Positions 1 to 12,184 of a DNA stretch of 64,000 nucleotides are shown piece by piece. The notes beneath the pieces are model-generated. The model was not told the origin of the DNA and made no database searches. It worked only from the letters and a program-made list of their open reading frames with translations. How positions within the stretch are numbered: position 1 is the stretch's first letter; each line of letters begins with the position of its first letter. This DNA comes from Lama glama (lineage: Eukaryota), in NCBI GenBank assembly GCA_028534125.1, contig CM052817.1, positions 101,682,001 to 101,746,000 of the forward strand. The letters are read 5' to 3'. The position numbers and the translations under genes are program-made.

Positions 1-1479
1 GCCACCGAGTGGGACTCAGATTCCCACCCCTTGTTAATATGATTCATGTTTGCCTGCTCCTTACTAATATGACTCATGTGAAAATAGGCCATTAATGATA
101 CTCCCTGAAAAGCAAATTTAAAAGTGACTACATTTCAGATTACATATGCACACATGTACAACAATCCCTAAGGGCTTTTAAAGGTGGAGAGAGAAAAATA
201 TTTCCACTTGCAAATGGCAAAAGGGGCTCTGGTCCAACATTTGAAAAGGAAGTCATATTGAAAACTAGGACCAGACTTGGAAAATTTCTACTAAGACTGA
301 TAGCCTTTTTGGGGAAAGGTATCACACTGAAAAACCACATAGAAGTCCACATGGGATAGCTTTGTGTTTCTTACCTTAAAACGTTAAGGCTTAAGTGTTG
401 GCGTCAGGGTTCCTATTACATTTCAGATGCATTTGGTCCAGGTTTTTACTCTCAGGATGGAATAAATGGAACCTCTGCAGATCAGACAGAATCAGATCAC
501 AGCACTGCACATCTAAGGTATTACTGACCACGTTAGGTGGGCTTCAGAGGCAAAAGACAGATGGTTAGACCACCTTATCATGCCAGAGCTTTGAAATGAC
601 TGTGTGTAGAGAGAGATGATAAAATTGGTATTATACTATAAAATAAAGATAAATGATGGCTTCTCTCCCCTGCATTTAGAAAAGAATTGAAATATGGATG
701 GTTGGCCAACCCAAGCACAACTCTGGTATATAGGGCTCCTGATCTCAGCATCTTTCAGCTTACGGCGTCTTTCTCAAGGTGACTGGAGTCCCAGAGAATG
801 CAGGTTTCCAGGCCCAGGCTTGTCTGGTCCTTAACACCTCAAGTTCCTCAGCCAGTAGATGGTTATTTAGGGGCAGAACCCATAGGCAGAGGAGCCAAGT
901 GGTCCGAGAACAGGGTGCTCACATTTTGGTTCCTCCCTGTGTGATTTAAGGTGCCCCGCTGCCTGTGGTGTTATCCTCCTTTCAAGACCAAAGCTGATAC
1001 TCGGCTTCCCCCATCACTGCTGTTGACACAGCAGGTTCCTAAAGATTATTTTCAGGCAAAGCACACCTTATCGTTCTTGGTCCTTTGAGACTCAGACACA
1101 GGCTCCACCTGGATAGTCCAGAGTTCCTCCCTCTACCTAAATTTCACTCTTTTTTTCACTCCCCAGCCCCTTCTCTCCCTGGTTCTTCTTGGCTACCTGT
1201 CCGTTTATGGTTTACCAGCTTTCCCAGCCAATCTCTGCATGGATGCTATAGCCTTCAGGTCCATATGGCATGAAGATTCCTTTTTGAAAAAGAAATTACT
1301 GAAGGAGGAGGAGGAGGTTCACCTTAACTAGTAGTTCAGTATTCAGCAGGGATTGCCAGAAAGTCTCCAAAAGAAGATGGGCAGGAGGATAAAGGTCTGG
1401 GGCTTGGGGATGGGAGGGAAGCAGGGCAGCGGGCACGGGGGAGTTGGGGAGAGGAAGGAGGAGGAAGGTGATGAGACTA

Positions 1480-1737
<258 letters not shown>

Positions 1738-1810
1738 TCATTGTGGGAAAGGAGCGTGCACACCATCCTCCGAACACAGGGAAGCCACCGCCAGGCTCTC
1801 GGACACAGTA

Positions 1811-2226
1811 TTTTTTTTTTTTTGCTTTTTTAAAAGATTGAAGTACAGTCAATTTATAATATCATGTCAGTTTCTGGTGTACAGTATAATGTTTCAGTTA
1901 TACATACACATACATACATTTATTTTCATATTCTTTTCATACGTATGTTTTCATACTTTTTCATGATAGGTTACTACAAGATACTGAATATAGTTCCCTG
2001 TGCTCTACAGAAGAAACTTGTTGTGTATCTATTTTATTTATAGTGGTTAGTATCTGCAAATCTCAAACTCCCAGTTTATCACTTTCCACCCTCTCCCCCA
2101 CCATAACCATAAGTTTGTTTTCTATGTCTGTGAGTATGTTTCTGTTCTGTAAATAAATTCATTTGTGTCTTTTTCTTAGATTCCACATATGAGTGATATT
2201 ATGTGGTATTTTTCTTTCTCTTTCTG
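1811..2226 (-). mobile_element. L1 3' end (lineage-specific, 5'-truncated)
   Basis: Poly-T followed by ttgaagtacagtc...tctggtgtacag, the L1 3' UTR signature repeated many times in this window. Confidence 0.85.
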
Positions 2227-2814
2227 GGACATAGAGTCTTTACCACTTTTTTGTTGCTTTAGGCCTTAAGACACTTTTCCCCATAAAAATAATGCTACAG
2301 GGGGCAAAGGTTTCCAAGCAAAACCTCACTGAACCACAAATGGACCCAAAGCACATTGCTAATGATAACATCCAGTCAAGGTCCACTGAGGAATCCTTCA
2401 AAAGGAGCAGTTAGTATCCAGGGCTGGAGTTCAGAATCACACGGGAAGCTTTTCAGGCTTGCCCAGACTCTTCCCTTTATTTTCCTGGAATCTCTGATGC
2501 ACAGATCTGGAGTAAATCCAGGCGTCTATGTAAATTTTTTTTAATTGAAGTATAGTCAGTTACAGTGTGTCAGTTTCTAGTGTACAAAACAGACTCACAG
2601 CCATCTGTGTATTTTTTAGCTAATTTTAATATAATCAAAATTTTAATTAATTTAAATACAATCCCATGGGATTATAGGGAGCACACAGATTAATCTCATT
2701 AGAAGGAAATGCATTTAGAATTCTAACTTGGGATCTACCTCGCTGCAGCGTTGTGGATAAGGAGTGATTCTCAACACTGGCAGCCCATTAGAATGTCTAA
2801 GAAGCTCTTTTAAA

Positions 2815-4790
2815 AAATTAAATGTTGACTTTATAGTTGTTTTAGACTCACAGAAAAGATAGCACAGGGTTCCCAAACCAACTTTCTCCTCTGATTGGCA
2901 CCTTCATTAGTATGGTACCTTTGTCACAATTAACGAGCCACCATTGATACATCATTACGAAATAAAGTCTATACCTTATTCAGATTACTTGGTGCTTCCC
3001 TAATGTCCTTATTTTGTTCCCAGAATCCCATCCATTTAGTTATCATGTCTCCTTGGGCTGCTTTTGCCTCTGGCAGTTTCTCAGACTTTGCTTTATTCCT
3101 ATGACTTGGACAGTTTGGGGGATACTTTGTAGAGTGTCCCTCCATTGGAATTTAGTGGAGGTTTTTTTTTTTTTTTCTGTTGATTATCCTGGGGTTTAGG
3201 GAGGAAGGTAACAGAGGTAAAGGGCCATTCTGACCACACCGTAGCAAGGTACGTGCCATCACCACGACATCACTGACAATGTGGCTCTTGATCACCCAGC
3301 TGGAGGTAGTGTTTGTCAAGTTTCTCCACTATAAAGCTACCTGTTCTTTTCCTCCTTTCTACACTGTATTCTTTGGAAGGAAATCACCAACACCATGAGC
3401 AGCCCACTCTTAAGGAGTGGGGAGTTATGAACTATGCTCCATAAAACTTTCTCAGGGGTGGAATATCTACATAAATTATGTGGAATTCTTCTGCATAGGA
3501 AATTTGCCTATTCTTCTCTGTTTATTTATGTATCTAGCTATTCAATCATTTATTTATGTCACTATGGACTCATGGATATTTATTTTATATTTCGAGTTAT
3601 AACCAAATACTATTACTACTACTCTTACCGCTACTATTTTGTTGCTCTGATTGTTTCAGCTTCAGCCATTGGGGTCTCTTTCAGTCAGTTGGCTTCTGCG
3701 TCTCTTTGACATATGCCCATCATTGTGGGCTTTCTCTTATGTGTGGATTTTTTTTTTTGAGCACTTCCTTACTTTCTGGCACTACAAGATATTCCAGACT
3801 CATACTGTATATTCCCTGCTAAGACCTAGAATCAGCCATTTTCCAAGGAACCCTGTTTTCTTTTATTGTAGAATGGTATTAGAAACCAAGATATGGGCAC
3901 TTGGTGTGCTCATTGCTACTGAGGTGTCACTGTTTCTAACGCCTCTTACCTGACAGAACATGGAAATATGTTTGTGTATACTATCCCATGTGTATACACG
4001 TTTATATATGTATCATCTACACTGAGATACATATAATCTATATTAAGCTAAACATGAGTTCAGACTGACGCCTTCAACTCTCATGCATTACTACACAGAC
4101 CATTCCAGCCTTCTCTCCTTGCTTGTCTGCAACCTTCTGAGAATAAGAAACATTGTTTCCACTATGGGTCTTCCATTTACTTAGTAGTCCAGTTCCAGAA
4201 TGCATGTATAGTGGTATCAGAATTGTTAACCACAGCCCTGAGGGAAACCATTTATGAACTAGAGTTCAGTGCTTATATACAGTTCCTCTTGCTTTTAATC
4301 TTAGATCTCCACTTATTTCAAAGTTACTTAGGTCAGCACTTTTTCCCCACCCCCTTCAGTGAGGCTATTTCATACATTTGTAATACAATTACTCTTCTGT
4401 CAGTCTACATTGTATGCTGGCATTCCCTGACATCTTAAATGATTTCTTTAAGATTTGCATACATTAAGGTTTATCCTTTCTGCTATAAATTACTATTGAT
4501 TTTGACAAATGCATAGTGTCATGTAGTCACCATTAGAATATCATATACAGAATAATTTCACCACTCTAAAAAAAGTGTCTGTGCTTCACCAGTTCAACCC
4601 TGTTCCCTCCCTAACCCCCTGGCAACCACTGATCTCTTTAGCATCTCCATAGCTGCACCTTTTTCAGGTTGTCGTATAATTGGAATCACCTAGCATGTGG
4701 CTTTTTCAGACTGGCTTCTTTCACTTAGCAATATATATATTTACGATTCATCCATGTTTTTGCATGGCTTAAGAGCTCATTCCTTTTCCT
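2815..4790 (-). mobile_element. Old L1 (L1MC-like) 3' region interrupting a MER5-like element
   Basis: L1 3' UTR motifs (ggcaaccactgatct, gactggcttctttcacttagca). MER5-like halves at about 2762-2812 and about 4790-4862. Confidence 0.65.
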
Positions 4791-6102
4791 AGGGAGCTTT
4801 TAAAACAAAGCAGACGCATTGGCTCCACTCCCAGAGTCTGACTTAATTAGTCTGGGGCTCAGGAACTGGTGTGAGAATGGAATTGCTCCCCCTTTGCTTC
4901 CTCTTTACCTCTGTCACAAGCACGTGCACCAGTGTGCACACACACGCACACACACACACCCATCAGTTCAAGTCACTGGTGGCTGTGCCAATGGCTTGAG
5001 GCGGTGGGTTTATATATTTGGTGGTTGGAATAAGGATGACAGGAGATGACAAGATATTGAAGACTGGTGGGGTGGGATCAGGTGAGAAATCTCCAGAAAA
5101 GTGGTGCTTAAAGCCTTGGTTGTCTTGCTAGGTTGAATCTCTTCCTCCTGGTTCACCGGAGAATGGAGGGCATGCAACTCTTCTCTCCCTCTCCTGTCCA
5201 TAAACAAGCACAAGAGGCTTTGGGAATATTCTCAAGGGGGATGGCTCCGGTTTTTGTTGGAGGAACTAGGAATAAAAACTCTCCCTCCTGTGCTCACCTT
5301 AAACCTTATTTAAAAAGGCAGTTGTCCCAGAGATGACATATGGTAGAGGATCCCAGCATCTCACCACAAGAGCTGGGTTTCAGGCTCTAGGGAAAGAGTA
5401 AGATGGTGCCTACAGGGACGGGAAAGGGGACGGGAGGGGATGAGGTCGAGGTTATGTTAACTCAGTCCTGCCCCGTAAATGGAGAGAGAGAACAGTCCAG
5501 AAGTTCACTCTGCTCTTGTTATTTATTCACACTGGGTTTCCCATTTCACACTGGCTGTGTACCAAGAGACTGGTAGAGGGCAGAGGCATGGAATTCCTGA
5601 AGCCACTGGGCCATCCCCCAAGCCCTTGGTGTGTAAGTTTTTAAGAGATGTGCGTGTGTCAGATGCAGATGGGTACTCCTAATACCTGAATCTGGAATCC
5701 ATCTAACCAGAAAATACGTCCATCCTGAGTTTTAATTTAAAGAGAGTTAAAAGAAAAACTATTAGGGATTTTTTTTTCTTTAAATTCCAGGGAACAATAT
5801 ATAGTCAGAATACATTCAGCACACTTTTTAAGTCTTCTTCTTCTTCAAATGCTATATAACTCATCTTATGATAAATATTACCCTGAGGCACTGGTTGATT
5901 CTTAAGCATTTTATGTGCATCAAATATGACTTTTATTTGCATCAACAGGGATAAAGGGCTTTTGTTGTTGTTGAATTTTACTAGTTCTTTAAATGTGGGC
6001 AATTTGAGTATGCTAGATGTAGTTACTTCCAAATAATTACCGTATTTTATTTAAAAAGATGCCTTATTTCTCAATCACTTTATGTAAATAAGAAATTTAT
6101 TT

Positions 6103-6253
6103 AAAAAATAGCTTTATTCTGTTTTTCAGGGGGTTGGGAGGATAGATAATTAGGTTTGTTTGTTTGTTTGTTTACTGGAGGCACTGGGAATTGAACCCAG
6201 GACCTCATGCATGCTAAGCACATGGTTTACCACTGAGCTATACCCTCCCCTCC
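6103..6253 (-). mobile_element. tRNA-Ala-derived SINE (camelid Vic-1-like)
   Basis: Minus strand GGGGAGGGTATAGCTCAGTGGTAA...GGTTCAATTCCC with Pol III A/B boxes and an A-rich tail. TSD aagaaatt(t/c)attt at 6090-6102 and 6254-6266. Confidence 0.88.
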
Positions 6254-6282
6254 AAGAAATTCATTTTTCAATGAATTAGCTA

Positions 6283-6708
<426 letters not shown>

Positions 6709-7084
6709 TTACCACTCAGTGCTAAGTGGACAAAGCAGTTCTTGACAGAGTGTTTACAGGCTCCTTAGGACCCCAGTGCTGAGACAAGTAGACTCTCTCC
6801 AGCGGTTCTCAAGCTTGGCTGCACGTGGAAAAACCTGGGCAGCTTGTCAAAACCTCCATCTCCAGGCTGTGAGCCGGGCCAATTACATCAGGCTTTCTGG
6901 GGGTGGGGGCCCGTGCAGCAATATTTTTGGAGGCTTTCCAGATGCCAGATGGTCCCAGGGGGCAGCTAACATTAAGAACCTCTTTAATAGTGCAATGGTT
7001 CTCAGTCCTAACTATAGATTAGCGTCACCTGGGGAGATTCACACATCTACTGATACACGAGCCCACCTTCTGGGGCTCTAACAT

Positions 7085-7785
7085 TTTTCCTTTTCTTTTT
7101 ATAATTAATTAATTAATTTTTATTGAAGTATAGTTGGTTTACAATGTTATGCTAATTTCTGGTGTACAGCATAGTGATTCAGTGATACATACATATATTC
7201 CTTCTCATATTCTTTTTCCATTATAGATTATTACATGATTTTGAATATAGTTCCCTGTACTATACAGTAGAACCTAGTTGTTTATCTATTTTATATATAG
7301 TAGTTTGTATCTGCTAATGCCGAACTCCCAATTTATCCCTCCACCCCTCCTTCCTCCCGGTAACCATAAACTTGTTTTCTATGTCTGTGAGTCTGTTTCT
7401 GTTTTGTAAATAAGTTCATTTGTATCGTATTTTAGATTCCACATATAAGTGATCTCTTTGTCTTGCTCTTTCTGGCTTACTTCGCCTAGTATGACGATCT
7501 CCAAGTCCATCCATGTTGCTGCAAATGGCATTACTTTATTCCTTTTTATGGCTGAGTAGTTTTCCATTGTATATATACACCACAATTTCTTTATCCAGTC
7601 ATCTATTGATGTACATTTAGGTTGTTTCCATGTCTTGGTTATTGTAAATAATGCCACTATGAGCATTGGGGTGCATGTATCTTTTTGAATTAGAGTTTCC
7701 TTTGGATATATGCCCAGGAGTGGGAATGCTGGATCATAGGGTAAGTCTATTTTCAGTTTTTTAAGAAAGTTCCTTACTGTTTTTA
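7085..7785 (-). mobile_element. L1 3' end with ORF2 C-terminus
   Basis: ORF 7379..7666 (ALFTITKTWKQPKC...WIKKLW) is the L1 ORF2 C-terminal signature. Confidence 0.92.
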
Positions 7786-8766
7786 TTTTTAAATTACATT
7801 TTGTTTAAATTAGGGAGACTTTGAGTGGCCCAGGGTGAGGTCTGGACAGCAGCTAGGGCTGAGAATCCCTGCTCTCAAGCTTAGATTTTATAGAATATTT
7901 TCAAATACTTTATTTTACTGAAAATATTTGAGACAGATTGCATTGTCCCCACTTTACTCTTGAGAAAATGGAGCTTTAGAAAAAAAATGATTTGCTTAAC
8001 GTGATGACTGGTGCAAAACAAAAGTAGGACTGCAGCTCAAGCTTTGAGGCCCGTTGCTACTATGCTGTAATTGCTGTGTGTTAATCAAAAAAAATTTTTT
8101 GCAAGTTGGATCGTATTTCAAATACACTAGGATTCTCTATGCTAACTCCCTCTTTCTTTTTTAAAGATAAATATTTCTTTAAAAGTTAATGATTAGCTCC
8201 TAATTTAACATCTGGATTTTTTTTTTTAAGTTGAAGTATAGTCAGTTACAATGTGTCAATTTCTGATGTACAACATCTGGCTCTTCATCATGGCCCTTTT
8301 GGTTTGCTATCTCTATAAACAGTCTCAAAAACTAGAGTAGAAATAGCTGGATCTGATTGAGTCGGGAAGGGAGTGGAGAACAGTTGGGGAGTCTGTCTCT
8401 GGAAGTTTTTCCAGGTTGTTTCTGTGCTCTGTTAATTTGAGGAGGAAGTGGTAAAGGCATAGGCTTTGTAGACTGAGAGGGCAGAGGTCTTTTGGTGACG
8501 TGAACTGGGAATTCCAACACAGCGGGTGGCTTCATCCCTTCAGGGTTTGAGAGTTGGGACAGTGCAGAGTAATGAAGATGACCTTCCCTCACATCCCGGG
8601 GAACATGTATTTATAATCTAATTGATAAAAAGTGTAGCAATGAACTTGTGATTCTGCAGAAAGGAATCAATACAATTATGCTCAACAACTAGTGAAAAAA
8701 AGTTGCTTCCCATTTGAAGGGTTAGGTTCTTGGTATGACTCACTATAGGAAAACGAGGTTAAGGTT

Positions 8767-8938
8767 TTTCTTTTTTTAAGTTGTAATTTTTTTCTTCTTA
8801 TTATTATTTACTTTTCGGAGGGTGGATAGGTAATTAGGTTTATTTATTTATTTACTTGTTGACGGAGGTACTGGGGATTGAACCCAGGATCTTGTGCTTG
8901 CAAGCATGTGCTCTACCACTGGGCTATACCCTCCCCAC
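8767..8938 (-). mobile_element. Vic-1-like SINE
   Basis: Same tRNA-like head and AT-rich tail as the other copies. Confidence 0.85.
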
Positions 8939-8975
8939 AAGGATCTTAAAATGGGGCATATATTAAAAGATAATA

Positions 8976-9145
8976 TAGCACAGGGAAATATATGCAAGAT
9001 CTTGTGGTAGCTCACAGCGGAAAAAAAATGTGACAATGAATATATGTATGTTCATGTATAACTGAAAAATTGTGCTCTACACTGGAATTTGACACAACAT
9101 TGTAAAATGACTATAACTCAATAAAAAATGTTCAAAAAAAAGAAA
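8976..9145 (+). mobile_element. Young L1 3' end
   Basis: AATAAA plus a poly-A tail. Perfect 11-bp TSD aaaagataata at 8965-8975 and 9146-9156. Confidence 0.88.
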
Positions 9146-9813
9146 AAAAGATAATAATCTTGGAGCAACAATAGTCCCAAGTAATTTCACAGAAGTCCTT
9201 AATATTTTACATTCATTAAAATACAGTATACTGAAAAAATAAATCAGTGTCTTTCTACAGCGTTAGTAATAATAGATTTGTACAATTGTTTTCTATGCTT
9301 CTCCTGCAAGAAAATGGTATGAGCCCCTTCTCTGAAAGTTGCATGCAATAAAATCAGGTTGATGAAGGAAGAGCCCTTTCCCCCAGGGCTGATTCTCCAA
9401 TTGTCTTTTTTATTTTATGAGTTAAGGGCTGCCAACCTCTGCCTTTCAATTTCTATTAAAGTCCCAGAGATTTAGAGTAACTTTGATGTGAAAAAGATTC
9501 TGGGGAATTTTCATTTGAGCTGCTTTCCACAGCTGTGTGCCTGTCTTAAATTCTCTCTCCAGAATGTAGGTCGATTACACAGCCGCGTCCTTCCCTGCGG
9601 GAACCCCACCACAGCGCATCTCAGCAACCCTCTTCCTGACGGGAGCGCGGTTCTGAGCCACACATACAATTATCCTGGTTTCCTTTATTTCTCCCCAGAC
9701 TTTCTCGCTCTGCTGTTTCACTTCTCTTTCAATTTCTAAGTACTCAGTTTCCTCCTTTTCTAACTGCCCTCAGCAAAAGGGATTTCCTGGACACCAGAAA
9801 GAAAATTCTAGAG

Positions 9814-10081
9814 CAGTGCTGTCCAATGGATATAGATTGGACATAAAGAGAAAATGAAAAAATTTCTTGTAGCCACATTAAAAAGGTAAAAAGAAAGGGA
9901 TGAAATCATTTCACCGATACATCCAGAGTACTATTATCTCAACATGTAGGTGATATAAAAATTATTTTCATAAACTGTCTTTCAAATCCAATGTGTATTT
10001 TAGACTTAGAGCATCTCTTATTTCATATTCTAAGTGCTCAGTAGTTACATAAACTAGCGGATACTGTATTGGACAACATTG
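9814..10081 (+). mobile_element. hAT-Charlie MITE (MER33-like)
   Basis: TIRs cagtgctgtccaat ... attggacaacattg. 8-bp TSD ttctagag at 9806-9813 and 10082-10089. Confidence 0.85.
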
Positions 10082-10089
10082 TTCTAGAG

Positions 10090-10335
10090 GTTTTTTGTTT
10101 TTGTTTGTTTGCTTTTTAAAATTGAAGTACAGTTACAATGTGTCAGTTTCTGGTGTACAGCATAATGTTCCAGTCACACATGCATATTCACGTATTCATT
10201 TTCATGTTCTTTTCATTTAAGGTTATTACAAGATATTGAATATAGTTCCTTGTGTAATACAGAAGAAATTTGTTTTTTATCTATTTTTATATATAGTAGT
10301 TAATATTTGTAACTCTTGAATTCCCAAATATAATA
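10090..10335 (-). mobile_element. L1 3' end
   Basis: Same 3' UTR signature as the other copies. Degenerate TSD ttctaga(g/a)gtttt. Confidence 0.85.
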
Positions 10336-10789
10336 CCATTCTAGAAGTTTTAATGTGAAAGAGATTCTGGGGAATTTTCATTTGAGCTGCTTTCCACAGC
10401 TGTGTGGCCTGTCTTAAATTATTTTCCCAGAATATAGGAAGAAGCTATATAGAAAGAAATGACATTTCAGAATTTTGTGGAAGGGAAATTTGTAGTTCAG
10501 TAAGAATTACTCTATCACAAATGTAGGCCTGCTTTTAATGGTGATCTTTTGAATTTGCAGATTCTCTTTAAAGCTTATAATTTTTGGAACACTTTTTAAT
10601 CTGTGGCTTTTCTCTTCCTTTTCTACTGGTTTCCCCCAATGACATCTACTATAACAATGGTAGTACTATAAACAATGTATGCATGGAAAATTTTGGGGCC
10701 AAATGCAGCTTCCAGATACAGAGAAGCGGCCCAGGTGAATGTGACGAGCAAGTGCTTGGAGATATTAATGTCTTCATTGGAAACACTTA

Positions 10790-10939
<150 letters not shown>

Positions 10940-12019
10940 TTAGAAAATACTTTATCTTTTTCAAACATTGTTAGTCAGTTTTTAGTTTCTAAAATTCTAC
11001 TTCTGCCGTATAAGAACCTGAGTATATTATATCAGCTGAACTGAATAATAATCTAGAGTCTGAGTATACTATGAACAAGCAATGTATAAATAGTACTGTC
11101 ATGCACACAGGATTCTATGCACATGCACATGTCAATTCATTGTGATTTATTTATGTTCCTCATGTAAAAACTGCCTTCAGGAATGGTTGGTCTCTACTTT
11201 CCTCTCTTCCTTTTCTCACTTGGCCCTCGGGTTCGCTTAGAGTGGTTTTGGTAGGAGCACCCTGGAGGCAAGTAAAAGATGGAAGTCAAGAAGAGAGACA
11301 GACCTCCTCCTCCAGGCGTTTCTCTTCCCTCCTCCTCCTGCTGCTCCCAGCCCCAGGGCAGCGCTCATCACCCCTCCACCACCAGCTCTCCACTCGAACA
11401 GCCCCTCCCCAGCCCTGGAACAAGAGAGCTTCAGACTTGGCTTTTCTGCTCCGTGGATGGGTCTTTTGTGAGTCCCACACTCGCCTCTTCCCACAGGGTC
11501 CGAGTGGAGGAGTGAGACGACTGGGGGTGGAGGGCAAGAGTGGACATGATCTAGAAGGAACCATGCATTGTGTTTGTTTCCCTCGCTCCAGGCAGTAAAA
11601 GCCCTTAGACAAACTGCAGAGGGGCCTCGGGATGCTCCATGCCTGAGAGAATGTGGGAAGAGGCTACCAGGGCTCCACCTACTGGAACAAGAAGCAGTGG
11701 GGCTGGAGGGCCCTCCTTGGTACCCAGAGAAGATAAGGGGGTGCTGAGATGTTACACACAGGGGTGAATATGGCAGGAGGCCCTGTTAGTCCTCAGCCCT
11801 TATTTACCCTCCCCATCCTCTTGAACCCTCTCTCCTGCATTTCAGCCCAAACTTCATTCAGAGTTTCTCTTCAGAGACTTGACTCTACCCTTTCACCTCT
11901 GACCCCTGGAGCCCTGTCCCCAATTCTCTCACCTTCCCTGACCTCCTCCCTGTTGGAGGCATTGCACCAAATACTTAAGCCCTTTGGTATTACTGGTGCA
12001 ATGTTTCAGTGTTATTTTA

Positions 12020-12184
12020 TTTATTTATCAAAATTTTTAATTGAAGTGCAGTTGACTTATAATATTATATTAGTTTTGGGTGTACAATATAGTGATTTGA
12101 GATTTTTATAAATTAAGAAATTATCACCACTATAAGTCTAGTCACCATCTATCACTATACAAAGTTTTTACAATATCGATTATA
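12020..12184 (-). mobile_element. L1 3' end interrupted by Tigger1
   Basis: ttttaattgaagtgcagttgacttataatattatattagttttgggtgtacaa signature. Confidence 0.75.

Larger units (their letters stand above)
9486..10438 (+). repeat. About 85-bp direct repeat pair (9486-9570 and 10353-10438)
   Basis: Both copies read atgtgaaa.agattctggggaattttcatttgagctgctttccacagctgtgtg.cctgtcttaaatt...ccagaat.tagg. Confidence 0.95.
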
